Shown: one piece after another, positions 50,217-58,559 of the stretch
How positions within the stretch are numbered: the first letter of the stretch is position 1
Layout: the number at the start of each line of letters is the position of its first letter
Source: Bacillota bacterium
GTDB lineage: Bacteria > Bacillota > DTU030
Length of the DNA stretch: 64,000 nt
NCBI GenBank assembly: GCA_012518435.1
Contig: JAAYSG010000037.1
Coordinates: forward strand, 14,895-78,894
Direction: 5' to 3'
Program-made: the position numbers and the translations under genes
Notes under the pieces: generated by a model
What the model was told of the DNA's origin: nothing
What the model saw: the letters and a program-made list of their open reading frames with translations, nothing else
The model's database searches: none

Positions 50217-51978
50217 ATTCTTGCCAAAGAAAACCCTTGTCCAACCCGGGGCTTAAATGATCCCAAGGCAGTACCTCTTCGGGGGAGCGTTGCCTCCTAT
50301 TATAAAATGCCGGATCAATTCCGGTAAGGGTTAGAGCCTCTTGCCATTTATCCCACCTAAAATGTTCCCGCCAGCCATCAAGGCGGCATCCCAGGCGCCA
50401 AGCCGCCAGTAATAACTTCCCCAGGCGGCGATCTCCCCGGGAGAAAATCCCCTCCAAAAGGCTGCTGTCGGGGTGGTGGCCGGTGATAATAACCCGCCTG
50501 TCCTTTATTCTCCCCCGAATTAATTCCTGCCGACGCAAAAGTTCCTCTGCACCCACCTGGGATACCCATTGAAAGGGTGTATGGGGTTTGGGAACAAAAT
50601 TGGCGATACTTACGGTGACCCTTCTCACCCCCCGGTTCCCCTTTGGCGTCCGGGTTTTTACCAGCCCTTCTGCCATTCGGGCAATCTCCACAATATCTTC
50701 ATCCTTCTCCGTGGGAAGGCCGATCATAAAGTAGAGCTTAAAGGCATCCCAGCCGCCCGCCACAGCACTATTTACTGCCTCTTGAATATCGTCCTCACTT
50801 ATATTCTTATTGATTACATTCCGCAGGCGCTGGCTGCCCGCCTCCGGGGCCAGGGTTAAGCTGGATTTGCGCAAGCCCTCCGTCTCCCGGGCCAGGTTTA
50901 CGGAAAAGCTATCCACCCTAAGGGAGGGTAGGCTCATCCTGAGGCCGCCTTCCCCATAGTGAGCCTTCAGGTGGCCTATTAGCTCCCGTATCCGGCTGTA
51001 GTCACTACTACTAAGGGAAGTTAGGGAAAGCTCGGGGTAACCCGTGGACTGTAGCAGCTCCTTTGTCAGGGCCAGGTTTTTCTCTAAGGATCTCTCCCGC
51101 ACCGGCCGGTAGATCATACCCGCCTGGCAAAAACGGCACCCCCGGACACACCCCCGGAAAAGTTCTATCATCGCCCGATCGTGGACAACATCCATGTAGG
51201 GTACAATGGGGGCTGTGGGATAATCGGCCTCGTTTAAATCAGCCACAACCCGCTTTTCCACCCGCCGGGGTATCCCGGCCACCAGTGGCTCAACATTTAG
51301 GACTAGACCATCATCCCCATAATCTATGCGATAGAAGGAAGGAACATAGACACCGGGAATTTGGGCTGCCGCCAGGAGGAATTCCCGTCTATTACCACTG
51401 CCTTCCTCCTTCCAGTCCTTTAAAAGAGTTAATAGCTCCCCTATAACCTCCTCCCCTTCCCCCAGCACCACCAGATCCAAGAAATCGGCCAAGGGTTCGG
51501 GGTTAAAGGCACAGGGGCCCCCGGCAATAACAAAAGGGTCCCCAGGACCCCGTTTTGCTTGAGAAGGGGGTATGTTCCCCAAGGATAGCATATTTAAGAC
51601 GTTGGTGTAGGTCAGTTCATATTGGAGGCTAAAACCAATCATATCAAAATCTGCCAGGGGTGTGCCAGTTTCCAGGCCAAAAAGAGGAAAAGATATCTCC
51701 CTCAGTTTTGCCTCCATGTCGGTCCAGGGGGCAAAGACCCTTTCTGCCACTGCATCCTCACGTTTGTTTATAATGTGGTAGAGAATTTTGGAACCCAAAT
51801 GGGACATGCCCACCTCGTAGACATCGGGAAAGGCCAGGGCAAAACTTACAGCAATTTGCCGGTGATCCTTTTTTATTACATTCCATTCCATCCCCAAATA
51901 ACGGGTTGGCTTTGACACCTGGGGCAATATTTCCTCCAGTTCCGGCTTCATAGAGGACCATCCTCCTTTAGCATCCAA
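50071..51978 (-). CDS. Radical SAM protein with N-terminal B12-binding-like domain (TIGR03960 family)
   Basis: CxxxCxxC motif (RGCVRGCRFCQAG); 635 aa. The conserved position upstream of rng is known from many Firmicutes. Confidence 0.75.
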   Translation of the reverse strand: MDAKGGWSSMKPELEEILPQVSKPTRYLGMEWNVIKKDHRQIAVSFALAFPDVYEVGMSHLGSKILYHIINKREDAVAERVFAPWTDMEAKLREISFPLFGLETGTPLADFDMIGFSLQYELTYTNVLNMLSLGNIPPSQAKRGPGDPFVIAGGPCAFNPEPLADFLDLVVLGEGEEVIGELLTLLKDWKEEGSGNRREFLLAAAQIPGVYVPSFYRIDYGDDGLVLNVEPLVAGIPRRVEKRVVADLNEADYPTAPIVPYMDVVHDRAMIELFRGCVRGCRFCQAGMIYRPVRERSLEKNLALTKELLQSTGYPELSLTSLSSSDYSRIRELIGHLKAHYGEGGLRMSLPSLRVDSFSVNLARETEGLRKSSLTLAPEAGSQRLRNVINKNISEDDIQEAVNSAVAGGWDAFKLYFMIGLPTEKDEDIVEIARMAEGLVKTRTPKGNRGVRRVTVSIANFVPKPHTPFQWVSQVGAEELLRRQELIRGRIKDRRVIITGHHPDSSLLEGIFSRGDRRLGKLLLAAWRLGCRLDGWREHFRWDKWQEALTLTGIDPAFYNRRQRSPEEVLPWDHLSPGLDKGFLWQEYERALAGEITPDCSFSSCSQCGVCPTLELPIRLRGGDDNFPKIMGPVD

Positions 51979-52136
51979 GGCTGTGAAGATTACGGCGGAA
52001 TTTTACTTTTCTTTATAGCCTAATTCACATAGTATTATTCCCCACTGGTCTAGCAATATTTTCTTCCCCCACCCCCATAATACCTTCGACATTGGGGGAA
52101 ATAATCCTTTTGAAATACTATATTTTTCCAATACCC

Positions 52137-53021
52137 TCAGGGCCTTTGTTTCACCAGCTCCCCCAGGGTAATGGCAAAACCCTGCTCCAGCAAGGTATTT
52201 ATAATCTCTGCTTCGGTAAGCACCTCCAGCTGCCAATCCCCCTTGGGAACAAATACCAAATGATAGCGCCCGGGGATAAAGCGGCGCACCACCTCTCCCA
52301 AGGTAGTGTTTTCCCTCGCCATCAAGGCCTCGACGGCCAGTAGCCCCTTATCTCGCAACTCCCTTTTTTTACGGGTGAGAAAACGCATAAAAACATAGGA
52401 GGCCGTCATCCTTTCTTCCTTAACCACCCGATAAATAAAAAGGGAAAGGAAGGTAAGGCTGATATTGGCCCAGGAAAAGTAAAGACCCAGGATGCCGACA
52501 AGGGCCAAGAGGATGGCCATCCCCCGCCCATAGCCAAGGACCTTTTCCGTCGCCTCCTTAAAACCCATCCTGTGCATTAGGTAGGCCCTGTAGATACGCC
52601 CCCCATCCAACGGAAGCACCGGCAGAAGGTTGAAAACCGCCAATACTAAATTACAATGGATAAAAAAGCTGGCCGGCCCCTCCTGCCAGACCAGAAAATA
52701 ACGCAGGGCAAAGCCAACCCCTGCCAAGAGAAGATTCTGCAGGGGCCCAGCCAAGGCAATATTTATCTCCACCTCCGGATCCAAGGAAGCCAAATCCAGA
52801 TCCTCAATCCGGGCAACGCCGCCAAAGGGCAAGAGTTCTATTTCCTTTACTCGGTAGCCGTAATGCCAGGCCACCAGCACATGGGCCAGTTCATGGATAA
52901 AGACTAGCACAAATACTGTTATCACCTGGGGCAAAAGGCCAAGGCTCCCATAGAACAAAAGGAGAAGAAGAAAGAATTTATCCACAAGTATTCGGACACC
53001 GAAGGCCTTGCCCACTATCAT
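52137..53021 (-). CDS. spoIVFB: Site-2 protease (M50) with C-terminal CBS-like domain, SpoIVFB-like
   Basis: HExxH (HELAHVL) in the first transmembrane region, an LDG motif and a cytoplasmic C-terminal domain. It is adjacent to an M23 spoIVFA-like gene. Confidence 0.65.
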   Translation of the reverse strand: MIVGKAFGVRILVDKFFLLLLLFYGSLGLLPQVITVFVLVFIHELAHVLVAWHYGYRVKEIELLPFGGVARIEDLDLASLDPEVEINIALAGPLQNLLLAGVGFALRYFLVWQEGPASFFIHCNLVLAVFNLLPVLPLDGGRIYRAYLMHRMGFKEATEKVLGYGRGMAILLALVGILGLYFSWANISLTFLSLFIYRVVKEERMTASYVFMRFLTRKKRELRDKGLLAVEALMARENTTLGEVVRRFIPGRYHLVFVPKGDWQLEVLTEAEIINTLLEQGFAITLGELVKQRP

Positions 53022-53039
53022 GCTGCCAGCTCAACTCCT

Positions 53040-53846
53040 TCAGGAGCCATCCCCCGCTAAAAGATCAAGCCACACCGCCGGATCAACATTCACCCCCCCT
53101 TCCTTTATTTCAAAATGCAAGTGGGGATTTTCGCTAAGTCCCGTGCTACCGACCCGGGCTATTATCTCCCCCCTTTGGACAGGTTGATTTTCCTCCACCA
53201 GCACTTCACTACAATGGGCGTAGATGGTCTCAATACTTGCCCCATGGTCCACAGAAACAACTAGACCCAAATCCTCAGTTTCCTCCACACGGGATACTAA
53301 TCCACCGGCTGCCGCACGAACCACAGTCCCCTCCGGTGCGGCGATGTCTATCCCATAGTGGAAACGCTCCTCCAGCAGCACTGGATGGTGGCGCCAGCCA
53401 AAGCCAGAGGTTACTTCCCCGGCCAAGGGCATGAGCATCATACCCTTTTCATCCTTGCTGGAGCCGGGGGGAGCCGGAGATTCCTCCTGCCTGGACTGTA
53501 AGGGTTTGTAGACGGGCAGCCACGTTCCGGGTTTCTGCAACCACTCCGTTTCACTGAGCTGTTCCCAATTTAGGCTCAGCTGATATTCACAAAATACATA
53601 CTGGGCATGGGCCAAAACCTTCTTAATGGGGGAAAAGTGGAGCTGGGTTAAAGTCAAAAAGAAAAGGTAAATTAAGACGGCCAGCAGGACCTTGCGCCAA
53701 ATCCTCCACTGGATAATCCGGCGCCAAGCCGTCTTCAACCGAAATAAAATTCTATTTAGGAGACTCATTTGGGCCGCCTCCCCTGTTTTTATTAAATGCC
53801 TGTTCTTAAAATATATGGCCGCAGGTGGGAGTTTATGAATCCCCAA
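53040..53846 (-). CDS. spoIVFA: M23 peptidase-domain membrane protein, SpoIVFA-like
   Basis: N-terminal transmembrane helix and a C-terminal LytM/M23 domain (HYGIDIA...HLHFE), upstream of and co-oriented with the M50 protease. Confidence 0.5.
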   Translation of the reverse strand: MGIHKLPPAAIYFKNRHLIKTGEAAQMSLLNRILFRLKTAWRRIIQWRIWRKVLLAVLIYLFFLTLTQLHFSPIKKVLAHAQYVFCEYQLSLNWEQLSETEWLQKPGTWLPVYKPLQSRQEESPAPPGSSKDEKGMMLMPLAGEVTSGFGWRHHPVLLEERFHYGIDIAAPEGTVVRAAAGGLVSRVEETEDLGLVVSVDHGASIETIYAHCSEVLVEENQPVQRGEIIARVGSTGLSENPHLHFEIKEGGVNVDPAVWLDLLAGDGS

Positions 53847-53856
53847 TAATAGGGAA

Positions 53857-53881
53857 GGACCCCGGAAAATCCGGGGTCCTA
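53857..53881 (-). terminator. Candidate terminator downstream of the DUF362 gene
   Basis: Perfect 9-bp hairpin GGACCCCGG-AUUUU-CCGGGGUCC followed by a weak U-tract. Confidence 0.35.
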
Positions 53882-53903
53882 GGGTAGGGCCCTTAGCCCG
53901 TCT

Positions 53904-55217
53904 TTAGAGTTCTCCAGCCGCAATTGCCTGCAAGTCAGCATTGATTTGGGCAAAGATATAGACCGGGGCACAGCCAGGATAAGTAAAGACCCGCTTGGCC
54001 AGTTTCATGGCCTCCTCCACCTTGGGAGCAGAGGGGAACCACTGCCAGCAGTCTCCGGTTACAAAGAGGTTCTTGCCCTCCACATAGGCGGGATCAAAAT
54101 CCGGTACGCCGCCGGCGATAAATACACATTCACCGTGTTCTTCGACAAATTTATCAATATCAATCCCAGTGTTTTTAAAGGAATCCAAGGAGCCCCTAAT
54201 ATTTACATAACACCCCGGGGTTGCCTGCTGAATTAAAACTGTCAGACCCCGGTACATACCAACGGGATTGTCATTGGGACGTTTAAAGATCTTGCGCACG
54301 CTATCTGGATCTACACCGACAAGTTCCATTTTCCCCAAGTCAATTTCACCCTGTCCCTCAGTGCCGGCAATTCGGACTGCCGGAATTTCCATGGGATCGA
54401 AGCCCATAATATGGCAACAGACGGCATCCACAGCCACAGTGTCCTGACCAGCAACAATTAATCCCATTTCAATGGGCGTCCCGGCGTGGGGCCCTTGTCC
54501 CTCCATGCCAATAATGGCATCCACAATGGTCAGATCAGCCCTTCTAATCCGATAGAGGTCAGCCATCTTCTGGCCCAAATCGATACGATGGGCCCCCTGT
54601 TGCTGGGAACTGGGGTGCCTGTTGGGTATTATACCATTCCAGTTTTTCAGGCCCAAGGTAACGGTCCCCGCCAAATGCACCTTCATCTTAGGGAGGTTAA
54701 TAACCACATCTGCATCCAGGAAGGGGCGAAATACCTCGGCACATTTAAAAACCTTGGCTGCTGGTATTTTTACCTCAACGGTTGCAGTTTCGTCAAAATA
54801 AATAACCCGATCCGCTCCCCCCCGCAGGGCAGCCTCCTCCATCCCCGATTCCTTAAAGGCAGGTGCTGCCCGCCCCACTTGCAAGCCCAAGGAAGGATTA
54901 TCCCCTACCCAGACTTCGGCCGCCCGGGAGTTTTCCTTCACATAGGCCACAACGGCCTCCACAACCCTGGGGTCCACCACTGCGTGGCCCTCCGGAGGTG
55001 CCTGAAAGGCCAAGTTGGGTTTAATTAAAACCCGATCTCCTTGTTGAATAATATTATCCAGGGAACCGATGGCCAACTCCACCGATTCGGCCACTGCCTT
55101 CTTAATGGCCGCCACATCCTCCTCATAGCGAACAAACTTTCCCCCCATAAATTCTTCATTGCCCTTCAGGGCACCGGCTTTAACCACAGCAACCTTCGGT
55201 TTTGCCATGGAAGTCAC
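53904..55217 (-). CDS. DUF362 domain protein
   Basis: 437 aa. The LIKPNL...DAIIGMEGQGP region is typical of the DUF362 family. Confidence 0.55.
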   Translation of the reverse strand: MTSMAKPKVAVVKAGALKGNEEFMGGKFVRYEEDVAAIKKAVAESVELAIGSLDNIIQQGDRVLIKPNLAFQAPPEGHAVVDPRVVEAVVAYVKENSRAAEVWVGDNPSLGLQVGRAAPAFKESGMEEAALRGGADRVIYFDETATVEVKIPAAKVFKCAEVFRPFLDADVVINLPKMKVHLAGTVTLGLKNWNGIIPNRHPSSQQQGAHRIDLGQKMADLYRIRRADLTIVDAIIGMEGQGPHAGTPIEMGLIVAGQDTVAVDAVCCHIMGFDPMEIPAVRIAGTEGQGEIDLGKMELVGVDPDSVRKIFKRPNDNPVGMYRGLTVLIQQATPGCYVNIRGSLDSFKNTGIDIDKFVEEHGECVFIAGGVPDFDPAYVEGKNLFVTGDCWQWFPSAPKVEEAMKLAKRVFTYPGCAPVYIFAQINADLQAIAAGEL

Positions 55218-55543
55218 TCCTTTCCTTTCTCATAACTGGCGCTGGCAACCCTAGCCCATGGCCATCCTAAATGATACCCGGTTTTGCGAAGTTCCCCCCT
55301 CACCTCCTCCCCTACTTGCCCTCCCCCGGGGCGGGGAAAGGGCGATAAGTAGTCCGACTATAGTTAATATTCTCCAAGCGGCCCGAATATCCTGCTTAAA
55401 TATTGCCCCTATTCCAATTATTTTTCTTCCCATCCAGCCCCGGGGGTAAAGGAGAGGGGTTATCGACAAAAATTTATATTTTTACCCCTCTTCCCAAGTA
55501 AACAAATCCATCTGGGGCAATACTATTGGGGAGGTGATAAATT

Positions 55544-55771
55544 ATGCGATATAACATTGGTCCTGCAGATAGAACCATTCGCGCCTTTATGGGTTTGGCC
55601 ATGTCCCTGCTGGGAATACTGCGCCTTTTGAAAAGCCGACGGAGTCTAGCCCTGGTCCTGATGGGCCTTGGCCTTCTTGCAGGGAGTCTTTTGGGTTATT
55701 GTGTTTCCTATGATCTCATGGGTATTTCAACGGTAAAACCAAGATTTGTAAAGGCCGCTAAAGACCTTTAG
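55544..55771 (+). CDS. DUF2892 (YgaP-like) small membrane protein
   Basis: 75 aa with two transmembrane helices and an N-terminal GPADRxIR motif. Confidence 0.5.
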   Translation: MRYNIGPADRTIRAFMGLAMSLLGILRLLKSRRSLALVLMGLGLLAGSLLGYCVSYDLMGISTVKPRFVKAAKDL

Positions 55772-55794
55772 GTAGCCCCTATTCCCCCGCCATT

Positions 55795-56490
55795 TTATTT
55801 TATAATGACAACGGGGGTAAAATCCACGGCATCTGCGGCCACCAAATGGTAGAAAACCCCCCGCCACTTCCCCCTCAAGGCCGTGGCTTGGGCTGCACCG
55901 TGGAGGTGTCCATACACACACTTTTTTACCGGGTACTGGGCAAATAAGGTGGTAAATCCCGATTCTTCGTGCTTTCCATTGGTGGGGGGATAATGGAGGG
56001 CAACCACGATTTTTTCATAACCAGCCCTTTGGGCACTTTTGAGGGATAACTCCAAGCGTTGAACTTCCCTAAGGTAGATCCTCTCATCCCTTTGGTAATC
56101 AAAGCCTTCGTTTCCCGGGCAAAGCCAGCCCCTGCTGCCACAAATGGCCCACTTGCCATAGGCAAAATGATCATTTTGCAAGGCCTGGATATTAGGAGGA
56201 AGGGCCCGCCGCACCTTGCCAATCCCCGACCACCAGTAATCATGATTGCCCCGCAGTAAAAGTTTTTCCCCCGGAAGTTGGGCCAGCCACTTTAAATCCG
56301 GCAAGGCCTCTTCCAGTTTTAGGGCCCAGGAAATATCACCGGGTATAAGAACCATATCCTGGGGTTTTACCACCCGCCTCCAATTGGCAGCAATTTTGTC
56401 CATATGATTGTGCCAAATTGGAGCAAAAATATCCATGGGTTTTTTCCCATCAAGGGATAAATGTAGGTCAGCCAAGGCCAAGAGGGCCAT
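55795..56490 (-). CDS. Metallophosphoesterase (calcineurin-like)
   Basis: ALADLHLS, GDISW and GNHDYWW metal-binding motifs. Confidence 0.75.
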   Translation of the reverse strand: MALLALADLHLSLDGKKPMDIFAPIWHNHMDKIAANWRRVVKPQDMVLIPGDISWALKLEEALPDLKWLAQLPGEKLLLRGNHDYWWSGIGKVRRALPPNIQALQNDHFAYGKWAICGSRGWLCPGNEGFDYQRDERIYLREVQRLELSLKSAQRAGYEKIVVALHYPPTNGKHEESGFTTLFAQYPVKKCVYGHLHGAAQATALRGKWRGVFYHLVAADAVDFTPVVIIK

Positions 56491-56587
56491 GGTCCATCAC
56501 CCTTTCTCCACCACCACTTATTTTTGCCTTCCTGACAAATAAAACCCCTTCCCAAATGCCCCTAAAACCGCATATTTGCTCCCGCCA

Positions 56588-56632
56588 TTGACAAGGATAG
56601 ACCCCTGTGGCATAATACCCCCAGGGGTATAA
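56588..56632 (+). promoter_or_regulatory. Sigma-A-like promoter upstream of the selenoprotein candidate
   Basis: TTGACA, a 17-nt spacer and CATAAT, with a second TATAAT 10 nt downstream. An inverted repeat CCCCTG...CAGGGG overlaps the -10 region. Confidence 0.4.
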
Positions 56633-56658
56633 TAGACTTCCCGAAAGGAGGAATAAGC

Positions 56659-56949
56659 ATGATTACTATAACACCCGAAGCAAAGGACAAACTCTTGGAA
56701 CTAATGGAAAAGGAACCCAAGAAGGGCCTTGTACGCATCTACCTGCGGGGTTTTGGTTGAGGCGGTCCCCGGTTTGGCCTGACTCTGGAGGAGTCGGTTC
56801 GTACTGAGGATCTAGTTGCCAAGGTAAATGGACTTGAGATTGCAATGGAAAAGGATCTTGAACCCTACTTGGTCGGTAGCACCATTGACTACCGCAAATC
56901 GTGGCTGGGAGGAGGATTTCAGATCCGGGCCAGCGGGGTTTCTTGTTAA
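56659..56949 (+). CDS. HesB/IscA-like protein with in-frame UGA (candidate selenoprotein; Sec at codon 34)
   Basis: ATG at 56659 with an AAGGAGG ribosome-binding site. The frame runs MITITPEAKDKLLELMEKEPKKGLVRIYLRGFG-[TGA 56758-56760]-GGPRFGLTLEES...IDYRKSWLGGGFQIRASGVSC and ends with TAA at 56947. The TGA aligns with the first cluster-ligand Cys of A-type carriers. A hairpin (CUGACUC-UGGAG-GAGUCGG) lies about 20 nt downstream. Confidence 0.55.
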
Positions 56950-57102
56950 GCGGGGGCCAATACGGTGCCTTGGGCGAAGCTGGGAGCCCCCCGGTTTTCC
57001 TCATCCTTGTTTTATCCAAATACACATCCATTATACCCCAAAGGGGCCGGCATCCCCAATGCCGGCCCCTTTGGAACCCCTTAGGAAGGGAAAACCCCAA
57101 GC

Positions 57103-58359
57103 TCATTCCACCTCCACCAGGGGGAATTCCAGGGTAAATACAGCCCCTTGGTCCGGTGCACTGCTGACAGATAAGCTGCCGCCATTACTTCGTATCAACC
57201 GCTGAGATATGGCCAAGCCCAAACCCGTCCCCCCAACCTTTTCGGCACTAAAGAAGGGTTCAAAAATTCTCCCCATATTCTCCGGGGCGATTCCGGGGCC
57301 ATTATCGCCAATGACCAGCTGTGCCCTTTTGCCCCGCCCCTTCACCTTCATAAAGACAATACCCTTGCCCTGTACAGCATCAAAGGCATTTTCCACAATG
57401 TTTAGGACCACTTGTTTAATCTGGTCCTGATCAATGGCAATCCAAATGGGTGTCTTTTTTGGATTAACCCTCAACTCCACACCATTGAGTCTGGCACGGC
57501 CTTCCAACAAAGCCCCTATTTCCCCAACCAGTCCATTGAGATCAACAATCCTTATCTGCGGTTCAAGGGGCTGGGTAAAGGATAGCATAGCAGAGGCAAT
57601 GCCATTGAGCCGATCCACCTCCTTGAGCATAAGGTGGATATAATCCCTATGTTTTTCGTAGGCCGCTGGGTCATCGGCCAGAAGGGTATACTCCAACAGC
57701 TGTAAACAGCCCCGGAGGGTGGTAAGGGGGTTTTTAATCTCGTGGGCGGTGGCGGCGGCCATTTCCTCCGCCGCCGCTATTTTCCGGGCCTGTCCCTGGG
57801 ATTGCTCGATAATTGCCCGGCTGTAGGTCAATTCCTGCTGTGTTCTTGCCGCCAGCCAGTTGACCAGGAATAAGACCCCAATAGTCAGCATATCCACTTC
57901 CAGAAAGGCATTCCAAGCCGCCAGGCCGGGACTACCCCGGCGGGCAAAGCTAAAGAGGGCCAAGGTTGCGATGCTGCAGGCCACCATTCCCTCCTTCAAG
58001 CCAAATTGGAGGGAGTACAGAAGGGTAACGGGTAAAAAGAGGAGCTTGTAGTTACTGTGGACCCCACCGGTTAGGTATACTATTAGTGCCACCAGCAGCA
58101 TACTCAGTAGCAATTTGAGGCATTCAGCGCATCTTCCCACACTTATACCATCCCATAGAAGGAGGGACCGATATTTATCCACCTCAGCGACACAGCAGAG
58201 ATAAAATAAAAGGGGTACCAGGGCCAAGGCAAAAAAAGGAGGATATAATCTCCAGCGCAAATTCAAAAGGGCCACGTACATAAATATTAGGGTGAATATG
58301 CCGATGACCGGGACCATAATCCCCAGCCGTTGCTCTTGCTCCCGCCGATAGTCCCCCAC
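57103..58359 (-). CDS. Sensor histidine kinase (membrane, HisKA + HATPase_c)
   Basis: N-terminal polytopic membrane region, an H-box (AHEIKNPLTTLRG), and N, G1 and G2 boxes. Confidence 0.8.
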   Translation of the reverse strand: MGDYRREQEQRLGIMVPVIGIFTLIFMYVALLNLRWRLYPPFFALALVPLLFYLCCVAEVDKYRSLLLWDGISVGRCAECLKLLLSMLLVALIVYLTGGVHSNYKLLFLPVTLLYSLQFGLKEGMVACSIATLALFSFARRGSPGLAAWNAFLEVDMLTIGVLFLVNWLAARTQQELTYSRAIIEQSQGQARKIAAAEEMAAATAHEIKNPLTTLRGCLQLLEYTLLADDPAAYEKHRDYIHLMLKEVDRLNGIASAMLSFTQPLEPQIRIVDLNGLVGEIGALLEGRARLNGVELRVNPKKTPIWIAIDQDQIKQVVLNIVENAFDAVQGKGIVFMKVKGRGKRAQLVIGDNGPGIAPENMGRIFEPFFSAEKVGGTGLGLAISQRLIRSNGGSLSVSSAPDQGAVFTLEFPLVEVE

Positions 58360-58559
58360 AGCCCATTACCCCTTTCCCCCTCAATTGGTAATTACTTCTA
58401 CATTGGGGGGGACTTTTCCTACCAGGTTTTGGCCATCGGGATAATTAAGTTCCTAGCCCCCCGGGCGGAGGGGCCTTGCATTACCACGGGATAATATTGA
58501 AATTATAGAGCAAATAACATATACTAGGCTAGGTATTAGGTTACCGGGGGTGACAGCCC

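Noticed and set aside
56666-57106. 146-aa minus-strand ORF overlapping the HesB-like gene
   Set aside because: It lies antisense to a frame with clear IscA-family similarity. Its translation is Pro/Trp/Arg-rich and it has no ribosome-binding site.
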